Of a stretch of 64,000 bases of DNA, positions 1 to 9,300 are shown in pieces; position 1 is the first letter of the stretch; the number at the start of each line of letters is the position of its first letter. This DNA comes from Methanothrix sp. (GTDB lineage: Archaea > Halobacteriota > Methanosarcinia > Methanotrichales > Methanotrichaceae), in the NCBI GenBank assembly GCA_040770465.1, contig JAXGJB010000007.1, positions 629-64,628 on the forward strand, given 5' to 3'. The notes below the pieces were generated by a model. The model did no database searches. It was given only the letters and a program-made list of their open reading frames with translations, and was not told the DNA's origin. The position numbers were made by a program, and so were the translations under genes.

Positions 1-65
1 GGCATCTCCGAAATCGTAACCAGTGCGCGTTCTTTCATGTTTGTAAGATTCTTAGGAGGGCAAAA

Positions 66-722
66 TTGAACATGACCACATTTCCCGGATCCCCGCGCCT
101 GATCAAGGGCGCCATAATCGGGCTCGATCCCGTGAACCCGCTGGCGAGCGTGATAGTATTTCAGTACAACCCGGACACCATGACCCGGCGTATCGAAGCG
201 CGCTCCATGGGAGGAGAGGGCGGAGAGAGATCCGAGGCCTTCCGCCTCACCGGTCCTCCCAAGGAGAACATCACTCTGAATATCGAGCTGGACGCGACAG
301 ATCAGCTGGAGGAGGCTCACCCCGTGGCTGTAGCTTCGGGGGTGAGTCCAGCTCTATCCGCTCTGGAGATGCTGATCTATCCCAAAAGCGCCGCCGTGAT
401 ATCCAATGCCGCTCTGGCTCAGATCGGCAACATCGAGATGATACCGCCAGAGGCACCTCTCACACTGTTCGTCTGGGGGCCCCGCGTCCTGCCGGTGAGA
501 ATAACCGGCGTCAGCATCACCGAGGAGGCGTATGACACTCTCTTGAACCCCATCCGAGCCAAGGTGGACCTGAGCCTTTACGTGCTCAGCTACGCAGACC
601 TGAAGCTGACCCACCCCGGCTACAGCCTCTTCCTCGCCTACCAGATCACAAAAGAGGTTATTGCCACTACAAATGTCTTCAACAGCGTCCAGAACATAGG
701 CGCATCCCTGAAGCTTTTCTGA
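66..722 (+). CDS. Contractile-tail tube-fold protein, tube-initiator-like (equivalent of Afp7/Pvc7 N-terminal domain)
   Basis: 218-aa ORF with GGAGG at 54-58. N-terminal LIKGAIIGLD..VFQYNPDTMTRRIEA resembles the F-x-[FY]-N-P-[DE] signature of CIS/phage tube-fold proteins. First gene of a tightly coupled + strand string. ATG at 72 is an alternative to the TTG at 66. Confidence 0.6.
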   Translation: MNMTTFPGSPRLIKGAIIGLDPVNPLASVIVFQYNPDTMTRRIEARSMGGEGGERSEAFRLTGPPKENITLNIELDATDQLEEAHPVAVASGVSPALSALEMLIYPKSAAVISNAALAQIGNIEMIPPEAPLTLFVWGPRVLPVRITGVSITEEAYDTLLNPIRAKVDLSLYVLSYADLKLTHPGYSLFLAYQITKEVIATTNVFNSVQNIGASLKLF

Positions 723-731
723 GGTGAAGAT

Positions 732-1028
732 ATGTTCTCCCCTACCAGTCGTTATTATGGAATCGAGACCGCCGTTCTCAAGACTTCAGACGGAAAGGAG
801 ATCGCCTACTTGCGGCGCCGTTTCCTCCCCCCGGCAGAGATCGTGACGGTCATGGCCGAGCATTTGGTAACTGAAGGAGAGAGGCTGGACAACATTACCG
901 CCCGTTATCTCGTCGATCCCGAGCAGTTCTGGAGGCTATGCGACGCCAACAACGCCATGCGACCCGATGAGCTGACCGAAGTCATAGGCAGACGACTGAT
1001 GATCCCGCTGCCCCAGGGAGGCCAATAG
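732..1028 (+). CDS. LysM-like domain protein (equivalent of the C-terminal LysM part of Afp7/Pvc7, encoded separately)
   Basis: 98 aa with GAGGTGA RBS at 721-727. ERLDNITARYLVDPEQFWRLCDANN resembles the LysM-type motif normally fused to CIS tube-initiator proteins. It lies 9 nt after the preceding stop. Confidence 0.5.
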   Translation: MFSPTSRYYGIETAVLKTSDGKEIAYLRRRFLPPAEIVTVMAEHLVTEGERLDNITARYLVDPEQFWRLCDANNAMRPDELTEVIGRRLMIPLPQGGQ

Positions 1029-2150
1029 GTGCCCGATCTTGGCGTGCGCCTTCAGATTCTTATCGGCCCTACTGTCCCTCTGCCAGCATCCTATTCCGTA
1101 GTGGATGCCCTGGTAGAGGTGGAGGTCGAGAACAATGACAGAGACTTCGACGGGTTCAAGCTCACCTTCAACCTGGGCAAGGACTCTCTTCTCGACTATG
1201 GCCTGCTGCAGAGGGGAGAACTCGATCCACCCAGCCGTGCGATAATAGTCGCCATAATCAACGGACTGCCCCAGGTGCTGATCGATGGATTCATCACCAG
1301 ACACGAGTTCGCTCCCAGCAACCAGCCTGGAGAGTCCAGGCTTTTGGTCTACGGCAAAGACATCACCATGAAGCTCGATCTGGAAGAGAAGAATGAGCCC
1401 TATCCCAACCAGTCCGACTCGCTCATCGCCAAAAGGATCCTGACCTCACCCCCATATGCCGCCCTTGGATTGATGCCCCAGGTCACCTCCACCACAGATG
1501 TGCCCGTAGAGGTGGAGCGGGTCCCATCGCAGCAGGGAACCGATCTCGCCTTCCTGCGAGAGCTGGCGAGCCGTAACGGCTTCGTCTTCTACATCGAGCC
1601 CACAACCGTTCCCGGAGTAAACACCGCCTACTGGGGGCCGGATAACCGGCTGGGCATCCCTCAACCTGCACTCACCATGAACATGGGCTCTGAAACGAAT
1701 GTGGACACCCCCATCAACTTCAGCTACGATGCCCTGGGACCAGAAGAGCCTCAGATAACCATCGTAGAACCATTGACGAAGCTTGCCATTCCCATCCCCC
1801 TGCCCGGGGGGCTTCGCCCGCCGCTGGCCAGAAATCCTGCCAGACCCCTGAGAAGGACTCTTCGCAGAGATACCGCCAACCTCAATCCTGCCCAGGCGGC
1901 CCTTCGAGGACTGGCTTCTCAGACCGGCTCATCCGATGCTGTCAATGCTAGCGGCGAGATCGATTCGCTGCGATACGGCCGGGCTCTGAAATCACGCCGG
2001 CTGGTGGGAGTGCGCGGCGTCGGCGAGAGCTATGACGGCAATTACTACGTGCAGACGGTCACCCATCGCATAAAGCAGGGCGAATACAGGCAGAGCTTCA
2101 CCCTGGCGCGTGAAGGGCTCGGCACTCTAGTTCCTCTGGTGGTGGCATGA
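1029..2150 (+). CDS. Phage late control gene D (gpD)/VgrG N-terminal-like baseplate hub protein
   Basis: 373 aa, GTG start preceded by GGAGG at 1017-1021. The C-terminal GNYYVQTVTHRIKQGEYRQSFTLAREG is typical of gpD/gp27-like hub proteins. Sits immediately before the gp5-like gene. Confidence 0.75.
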   Translation: MPDLGVRLQILIGPTVPLPASYSVVDALVEVEVENNDRDFDGFKLTFNLGKDSLLDYGLLQRGELDPPSRAIIVAIINGLPQVLIDGFITRHEFAPSNQPGESRLLVYGKDITMKLDLEEKNEPYPNQSDSLIAKRILTSPPYAALGLMPQVTSTTDVPVEVERVPSQQGTDLAFLRELASRNGFVFYIEPTTVPGVNTAYWGPDNRLGIPQPALTMNMGSETNVDTPINFSYDALGPEEPQITIVEPLTKLAIPIPLPGGLRPPLARNPARPLRRTLRRDTANLNPAQAALRGLASQTGSSDAVNASGEIDSLRYGRALKSRRLVGVRGVGESYDGNYYVQTVTHRIKQGEYRQSFTLAREGLGTLVPLVVA

Positions 2151-2635
2151 CCAGACAATTCTTCGGCAAGTTCAGGGGCGTGGTCACAGATAACCGTGAC
2201 CCACTCATGCTGGGCAGGATACGGGCCCGGGTGCAGGATGTCCTTGGTGAAAACGAGAGTGGTTGGGCACTTCCCAGCCTGCCCTATGCCGGCAACGGCG
2301 TGGGATTGTTCCTGGTCCCGCCTGTCGACGCCTCGGTCTGGATAGAGTTCGAGCACGGAGACCCGGACTATCCAATCTGGACGGGATGCTTCTGGTCTCA
2401 GGGAGAGCTTCCGGCAACTCCCGCCGTGGCGGAGATGAAAGTTCTCAAGACCGACGCCGGAACCATCACCATCAACGACCTTCCGGGAGCTGGCGGCATA
2501 ACCATAGAGACGACTGCGGGCATGAAGATCGTGATCGATATGACGGGTATTGAGATTAACAACGGCATGGGGGGGAGCATCAAGCTCAACGGACCCAAGG
2601 TATCCATAAACGAAGGCGCCCTGGAGGTTTTATGA
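2147..2635 (+). CDS. Baseplate spike protein, gp5/gpV OB-fold (VgrG C-terminal-like)
   Basis: 162 aa with ATGA overlap to the upstream gene. GKFRGVVTDNRDPLMLGRIRARV...WALPSLPYAG...VWIEFEHGDPDYPIWTGCFW is the classic gp5/gpV OB-fold motif set. Confidence 0.8.
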   Translation: MTRQFFGKFRGVVTDNRDPLMLGRIRARVQDVLGENESGWALPSLPYAGNGVGLFLVPPVDASVWIEFEHGDPDYPIWTGCFWSQGELPATPAVAEMKVLKTDAGTITINDLPGAGGITIETTAGMKIVIDMTGIEINNGMGGSIKLNGPKVSINEGALEVL

Positions 2636-2958
2636 TGCCCGGTTTTCTTCTTCACGAAGGAGCTGTGGTTTTATGTATGCATGCAGGTCAGGCGAAGCCG
2701 ATGGTGACAAACCCCAGAGTTAAGGTGAGTGGCAGGGCTACAGTAACCCAGACAAGTATTTACTCGGTGACAGGATGCACCCTTCCCCCGCCTTCAGTGG
2801 CCAATGGGCCGTGCGTCACCGCCCAGTGGATCAGTGCCGCAACAAGGGTCAGCTCCGGCGGGATTCCTTTACTTCTGCAGGATAGTCAGGCCATCTGTGC
2901 TCCCACGGGCACTGGACTGAATATAGTCATAACTCAGTTTCGCGTCAGGGGGATTTGA
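2632..2958 (+). CDS. PAAR-like spike-tip protein (DUF4280-like)
   Basis: 108 aa with ATGA overlap. Small Cys/Gly-rich beta protein (VLCMHAGQ..TGCTLPPP..GPCVTAQW..AICAPTG) in the position held by PAAR/Afp10-type tips, directly after the spike. Confidence 0.55.
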   Translation: MMPGFLLHEGAVVLCMHAGQAKPMVTNPRVKVSGRATVTQTSIYSVTGCTLPPPSVANGPCVTAQWISAATRVSSGGIPLLLQDSQAICAPTGTGLNIVITQFRVRGI

Positions 2959-3320
2959 TGAATATCGATTATCCATATCAGTTCTCCGGTCTGGGAAAAA
3001 CCGCCCTCACAGAAGACGAGGATCACATCCGCGACATGATAGAACAGTTCCTCTTCACCAGCCCCGGTGAACGGGTGAACCGACCGGATTTCGGCAGCGG
3101 ACTATTGCAGATGGTCTTCGCCCCCAACAGCCAGGAGCTGGCGGCCGCCCTTCAGTTCACCATCCAGGCCGGACTGCAAAGATGGCTCGGCGACCTGATC
3201 GAGGTCCACTCTGTACGGGTGGAGAGCGAGGATGCAACACTGCGAGTTCTTGTGCAGTATCTGGTCCGCAGAACCGGAGAGCAACGCACGGCGACACTGG
3301 AAAGAGGTGGCCTCCAATGA
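2955..3320 (+). CDS. Baseplate wedge protein, GPW/gp25 family
   Basis: 121 aa. IRDMIEQFLFTSPGERVNRPDFGSGL is the canonical gp25/gpW motif. The TTG at 2955 overlaps the upstream stop; ATG at 2958 is an equally good start. Confidence 0.85.
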   Translation: MMNIDYPYQFSGLGKTALTEDEDHIRDMIEQFLFTSPGERVNRPDFGSGLLQMVFAPNSQELAAALQFTIQAGLQRWLGDLIEVHSVRVESEDATLRVLVQYLVRRTGEQRTATLERGGLQ

Positions 3321-6316
3321 AAGTGCCGGAAATAAAGTGTCAGGAAGATATGCGCCGCAAATCTGTTCGCGCGATGCAGCTCAACGGCCTGGATCATCTG
3401 GATGAGAGCGAGAACCCCTTGAAGCTATACGTCTACTTCCTGGGAAAGCTGCCGCCGGATTTGACGGAAGAAAACGCCATGGACCACGTGATCATCGATG
3501 GCGGCAAGCGTATTCGAGATTTAAGGATCGCAGATATCGACCTCGTCCACAGAGATGAGCCGGATCTGGACGACTACATGGTGGTCCATCTGGATAAACG
3601 GGGAGATTTTTCCACCTACACCCTCCGTTTGGTTGATCTGGAGGGGATCGATCCGCGATACGATCATCTGGACTTCAGCTTTCTGGCAGGCTGCCCCAGC
3701 GACCTGGACTGCAAGGAGAAGAGAATCTGTCCGCCTCCGAAACGCTCCGAGCCGGAGATCAGCTATCTTGCCAAGGATTATTCGAGCTTCCGCCAGCTTA
3801 TCCTCGACCGCCTCTCCCTGATCATGCCCCAGTGGCAGGAACGGCATATTCCGGACATTGGAATAGCTCTGGCGGAGATTCTGGCCTATGCAGGAGACTA
3901 CCTCAGCTACTACCAGGATGCTGTAGCCTCTGAGGCTTATCTGGATACCGCCCGGCAGCGCATCTCCGTTCGCCGACATGTCCGTCTGGTGGACTATCTT
4001 ATGCACGAGGGCTGCAACTCCAGAACCTGGGTCTGTGTGGAGACCGAGGACCGCACCAGACTCGAGCCGGAAGACTATTTCTTGGCGCCGACCGGAACTG
4101 CTCTTCCGATCCCTGGCAATTCTCTGACCGAAGAAGAGCTCATGAGAGTTCCTCCTGACGAGTATCTAGTCTTTGAGCCGCTGGTAAAAGAGTCCAGGGA
4201 ATTTTATAAAGCTCACAACCGAATAGAGTTCTATACCTGGGGTGGAGAGGAATGCTGCCTGCTGAGAGGGGCGACTTCTGCCACCCTCAAGGACAGCTGG
4301 ATCCAGGATGAAGAGACTGAAGAAACTGAAGAGATTTTGCCTGAGGAACAACAGCAGATTGAGCAGAAGCATCCAACTCCAACCCCTCCATCTGAAAAAG
4401 AGAGATGTCTGCATCTCATGGCCGGAGACGTGCTCATCTTTGAGGAGGTCAGGGGACCCAGTACCGGCAATCGTGCGGACGCAAATCCCAACCACCGCCA
4501 TGCTGTGCGCCTGACCAGGGTTATGCCCGGCGTGGACGATCTGACCTGCCAGCCGATCGTGAACATAGAATGGGCTCCTGAAGATGCCCTGCCTTTCACG
4601 CTATGCATCTCGTCACTCGGCTCGCCCCCGAAATGCGAGCTTCTGGATGACGTCAGCGTGGCCAGGGGCAACGCGGTCCTGGTCGATTACGGCAAAACAA
4701 CGGATCCCGAATCCATCAACGTGCCAGAAGGCGAGGAGGTGTCAGCGGGCTGCAGGGGAATAGGAGAGCCGAACGAGAGCGTCATCAAGACGGAGATGTT
4801 CCGTCCCCGGCTCCAGTTATTCCCAGTTACGCATGCAGTTGCTTTTCCGGAGCCGTCAGATGCCAGCCAGGTCCAGGCCAGGACGCTGACCGGGCTTTTA
4901 GATCGGGTCCTGTCCGGGGCTGAAGAGCTCTGGAGGAAGGCCAGATCGGGGATCTGCCTCTCAGAAGAGGAGATCGCCCAGGTGAGACGCATCTTCGGAT
5001 CCAGGGCGCTTGATGATGTCGATCTTCGGATAGATAAGACGTACAAAAGGCTTGATGATGTCGATCTTCAGATAGATAAGACTTACAAAAGTAATGATCC
5101 AGCCTGCAAGAAGCAGGCACGGTCCCTGAAAAAGCTGCTTGATTCCGAGGAGACGTATCTCGCCGGGAAACGAAGGCGAGTGGATCTGCTGGCGAAAAGG
5201 GCCAGCTCCGGATATGTTATGGGAATCGCTGAGGCAAAAGAGATAGAAGCGATGTTCGGCGAAAGCTATGCCCTCGAGCTGGAACGCTCCTATAATCACA
5301 TATCCGCCAGGCTTTCCATCGGCCAGGATCCGAGATATGCCGGGCCCTGTATAAGCCTCAAGGAGAAGGAGACGGGAGCGGCATGGACGGCCGAACGCGA
5401 TCTTCTGGCAAGCGGGCCTTTAGATCGCCATTTTGTAGCTGAGATAGAGAATGATGGCCATGCTGTTCTTCGCTTTGGTGATGGCCATATGGGGGAGGCG
5501 CCCCTTCCAGGAGTTGAGATGGAGGCCGTTTACAGAGTGGGCAACGGCCCGAGGGGAAATGTGGGCCCGGAGGCGATATCATACCTGGTCTTCCATATCC
5601 CCGGCCGGGACGGAATCGAGAGGATCCGAAATCCTCTGCCTGCGGTGGGCGGCACAGATCCTGAGCCGCTTATCGATGTCAAGCTCCTTGCTCCGGGAGC
5701 CATCCGCAAGGATCTGCAACGAGCCATCACCGCCGATGATTATGCCCTGCTCGTGGAGAGAGACTTTGAGGACCGAGTTCAGAGAGCCGCCGCCCAGATG
5801 CGCTGGAATGGGAGCTGGTATGAGGTGCATGTGGCGGTCGATCCCCGGCAGACGACAGAAATAGACGAGGGACTGCTCGATGAAGTGGCAGGAAGGCTGC
5901 AGCGATACCGCCGCATCGGCCATAACCTGGCGGTAAGGCCGGCGGAGTATGTCCCTCTGGATATTGAGATGATCGTATGCGTCCAAGACGATCATCATCG
6001 TGGCCAGGTGAAAGCCGATCTTCTGGATGTGTTCAGCAATCGCACCCTGCCTGATGGGAGATTGGGTCTCTTCCACCCCGACAATCTGACTTTTTCCAAT
6101 GGCATACGCCTGAGCAATCTTGTGGCCACAGCCCAGGCGGTTTCTGGAGTAAAGACCGTTATGGTCACCAAACTTGAGAGGCTCTTCCAAGGGCCTGAAC
6201 ACGAGATTGAGAATGGGATCCTGCCCATAGGTCCTATGGAGGTGGCGAGGCTGGACAATGATCCCAGCTTCCCGGAGAATGGCAGACTGGCGTTGCTTAT
6301 GCGAGGTGGAATATGA
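3317..6316 (+). CDS. Baseplate J-like / gp6-like wedge protein (Afp11 equivalent, putative baseplate assembly protein)
   Basis: The six-frame ORF opens at 3182, but the ATG at 3317 forms an ATGA overlap with the gp25 stop, giving about 999 aa. YLAKDYSSFRQLILDRL..ALAEILAYAGDYLSYYQD and the C-terminal GGTDPE..RAITADDYALLV motifs are baseplate-J-like. Its position after gp25 is conserved in eCIS and P2-like baseplates. Confidence 0.75.
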   Translation: MKVPEIKCQEDMRRKSVRAMQLNGLDHLDESENPLKLYVYFLGKLPPDLTEENAMDHVIIDGGKRIRDLRIADIDLVHRDEPDLDDYMVVHLDKRGDFSTYTLRLVDLEGIDPRYDHLDFSFLAGCPSDLDCKEKRICPPPKRSEPEISYLAKDYSSFRQLILDRLSLIMPQWQERHIPDIGIALAEILAYAGDYLSYYQDAVASEAYLDTARQRISVRRHVRLVDYLMHEGCNSRTWVCVETEDRTRLEPEDYFLAPTGTALPIPGNSLTEEELMRVPPDEYLVFEPLVKESREFYKAHNRIEFYTWGGEECCLLRGATSATLKDSWIQDEETEETEEILPEEQQQIEQKHPTPTPPSEKERCLHLMAGDVLIFEEVRGPSTGNRADANPNHRHAVRLTRVMPGVDDLTCQPIVNIEWAPEDALPFTLCISSLGSPPKCELLDDVSVARGNAVLVDYGKTTDPESINVPEGEEVSAGCRGIGEPNESVIKTEMFRPRLQLFPVTHAVAFPEPSDASQVQARTLTGLLDRVLSGAEELWRKARSGICLSEEEIAQVRRIFGSRALDDVDLRIDKTYKRLDDVDLQIDKTYKSNDPACKKQARSLKKLLDSEETYLAGKRRRVDLLAKRASSGYVMGIAEAKEIEAMFGESYALELERSYNHISARLSIGQDPRYAGPCISLKEKETGAAWTAERDLLASGPLDRHFVAEIENDGHAVLRFGDGHMGEAPLPGVEMEAVYRVGNGPRGNVGPEAISYLVFHIPGRDGIERIRNPLPAVGGTDPEPLIDVKLLAPGAIRKDLQRAITADDYALLVERDFEDRVQRAAAQMRWNGSWYEVHVAVDPRQTTEIDEGLLDEVAGRLQRYRRIGHNLAVRPAEYVPLDIEMIVCVQDDHHRGQVKADLLDVFSNRTLPDGRLGLFHPDNLTFSNGIRLSNLVATAQAVSGVKTVMVTKLERLFQGPEHEIENGILPIGPMEVARLDNDPSFPENGRLALLMRGGI
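5008..5091 (+). repeat. In-frame 42-bp tandem duplication (2 copies, 2 mismatches) inside the baseplate J-like gene
   Basis: gcttgatgatgtcgatcttcGgatagataagacGtacaaaag at 5008-5049 is repeated at 5050-5091. It encodes LDDVDLRIDKTYKR / LDDVDLQIDKTYKS. Confidence 0.95.
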
Positions 6317-9300
6317 AAGACATTTGTGGATGCTGCGAGGGTCTGGAGAAGGCGGTCCCATTGAGCACTGCCAACAGACCGTATCTTGATGCCCTCTCCT
6401 ATCGGGTGGGCACGCACGCCACTTTCCTGGAGACGATGGTGGCCAATCTCACTGACCACAGCCTGGATATCCTTTCAAATACGGGAGAACGGATCCGACC
6501 TCTGCAAGAGCTGACCGTTCGCGGCTCAGATGATCCCTCTATTGCCATCCTGGATGCATGGGCGGTTGTGGCCGATGTGCTCACGTTCTATCAGGAAAGG
6601 ATAGCCAATGAAGGATACCTGCGCACGGCCACCGAACGCCGCTCCATTCTGGAGCTGGCAAAGCTCGTGGGCTACAGTCTGCGACCGGGAGTGTCGGCCA
6701 GCGTCTTTCTGGCCTTCAATCTGGAGAAGGGCTACAACCTGACGATAGATCCGGGGATGAGGGTCCAGACCCTGCCGGGTCCCGGAGAGCTGCCCCAGTC
6801 CTTTGAGACATCCGAGCCCCTGGAGGCAAGGGAGGTGTGGAATAGTCTTGGGGTGAGGACGACAAAACCTCAGTATATCAACCGGATCAACGCCGACCCT
6901 GAAGAAGCGGGTATGGAGGCCATCAACAAGGTCTTCCTGAGCGGGATATCTGCCAGCCTTAATCCTAACGATCCTCTCCTGATGGTCTTTGATCCGATCA
7001 TTCCTATTGCGGTCTTCAGGCAGGTCGAATCGGCGGAGCTGCAGCCGGCAAAGAACAGGACGATGGTCAAGCTCCAGACTCCTGCTGGCGAAGGGGAACA
7101 AAAGATATCTTCCGTAAGCCCGGACGATCTATCAGTCCCTCTATCCAAACCCGTATCGAGGCTCCAGACTCCTGCTGGCGAAGGGGAACAAGGGATATCT
7201 ATCGTAAGCCTGGATGATCTTGATCTATTGGCCTCTCTATCCAAACCCGCATCGAGGCCGCCTGCAACACCCAGGCGGCTCGCAAGAAGCATCGAGCAAT
7301 CATTTGGCTCTGCATCGGATATAGGACCCCAGCTCCTGACGGCGCTGAACCTCCCCCTGAAGCATAACCTTTACGCTGCCTGGGTGGGTGCCAAGGTCGT
7401 CGAAGATTCGGATATGAAGAGCCTGGATGCGTTAAGGGTAAAAGCCAGGCCCTTCGGCCACAATGCGCCTTTGAAGCCCATCTACGATGACGGGTGCGTC
7501 CCCATAGGCCATGAGGAGTGGCCTCTGACCGAGACCGTGACGGCCAGTGTGAGCATAACCGCATCCCAGATTGTCGTCGCTTCAAGTGGACTTGCAGCAA
7601 GAGCTGTTGCCAGCACCGTCAACATCGTCCCCGTCCCCGTCCTCTTCTCTGTCAAGCGGGGAGCTAAGATACAGAGCAGGCTCGTCTGGATGTCACCAGG
7701 AATGCTGCTGACAAATCCGACGATTAACCTTGGCGACGAAGTTGTCAGGATTACTCTGACCCCCGGCATTCGCTTCATCAATCTGCTGGAGGGCACATCC
7801 AACGTGGACGTCTATGCCAACGGGATCAAGGTCCTGGAGAACGTACCATTCGCCAGTGAGAAGATTGTGCTCCAATTCGTCCTGATGCCGCCCATTGATG
7901 GAACGGAATTAAAGCTTCAGGTAACGGAGGCAGGTGAATCGATCAAAAATTCGCTTATAACTCGAGATATAGCTATCGACGAGGGAAAAGCCTATACCAT
8001 TGTTGCGCTGGGCAAGGATAAGAAAAGACGTCTGACGGTGCTGGCCGATGAACTGCCAGCTTCGGCCGACGAGGCAACCGTTCACTTCGTCCATGCATCC
8101 ATTGGCACTCCTCAGGTTAATTTCTCCATAGACCGCGAGGGCAATGTGCTTGCGAGTGAAAAAGGGATATCTTTTGCCGGTTCTATAAGCATCATTACGT
8201 CGCCCGGCAAGGCCGATTGGACTATCGAAGAAACAAAAACGAAGGAGAATATTCACAATGGCAGTCTTGTTTTAGGCGCTGGAGGCATTTATATTGTTCT
8301 TCTAGCGCCAACGAGCGAAAATGATCATACTTCAGTCGCAATAAACGCTGACATCTCGCTCTCGGATAAGACTCCATTGCTGCTTAAATCCATCCTATCC
8401 ATCGACTTTACAGCGCTCGAGCGAAAATTCAAACTCTCGCTGGAAAAGGGCACGAATGATTATCCATTAGTGAACGTTCGAGTTCTCTCTGGCGGTGCTA
8501 CGATATTGAGGGACAGCCTCAGCGTCCAAGATATCCTGGAGAGATCGATCGGTGGCCACAGGATCAGGGTGGAGTATTATTCACCGAATTGTCTGATATC
8601 CGATGAGTCACCCATCCCCTTATCCCAGGATCAGAAGTATATCGTAGCTCTGGAATCAAAGTTTGATGAGATACTGCCCGGAAGCCTGGCGGTGATAGAA
8701 AAGGCAACGATCAGACCACCCGAAGTCGAACGAACCATAGCCAGGGTTCTGGAAGTCCAGACGGTATCAAAGGCAGATTTCGGCATCACCGGCGACGTGA
8801 CTCAGCTCATCCTCGATCGACCCTGGCTGACGGATTCGGACACAACCTTGGCCAGCCTTCGCAATACCGTTGTTTATGCCCAGAATGAACCCCTCGATAT
8901 TTCAGACGAAGAGATCGATCCCGTTGAAGGAGCAGTGTGCGGCGACGCTATCGAGCTTGACGGCCTCTACGACGGACTGAAGTCAGGCCGGTGGCTGATA
9001 GTCTCGGGAGAGAGGACGGATGTACCGGCCACCAGCGGCGTCATGGCGAGCGAGCTCGCCATGCTCGCATCTGTCACCCAAGGGGTGCAGAATTTGCCTG
9101 AAGATGAAGATGACGGAGAAGATCAGCGCTATCTTCCAGGCGACAAAACTCATACCTTCATTAAGTTGGCAGAGAAGCTGGCTTACTGCTACAAGCTGGA
9201 CACCGTCAAAATCTATGCTAATGTGGCCAAGGCCACCCACGGCGAGACGCGAAACGAAGTGCTGGGAAGCGGAGATGCGAGCCGTGATTTCCAGAAGTTC

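Noticed and set aside
3182-3316. N-terminal 45-codon extension of the baseplate J-like ORF as given in the six-frame track
   Set aside because: It lies entirely inside the gp25 gene in another frame and is Arg/Gly/Cys-rich. The ATG at 3317 forms the same ATGA coupling seen at five other junctions in the operon.
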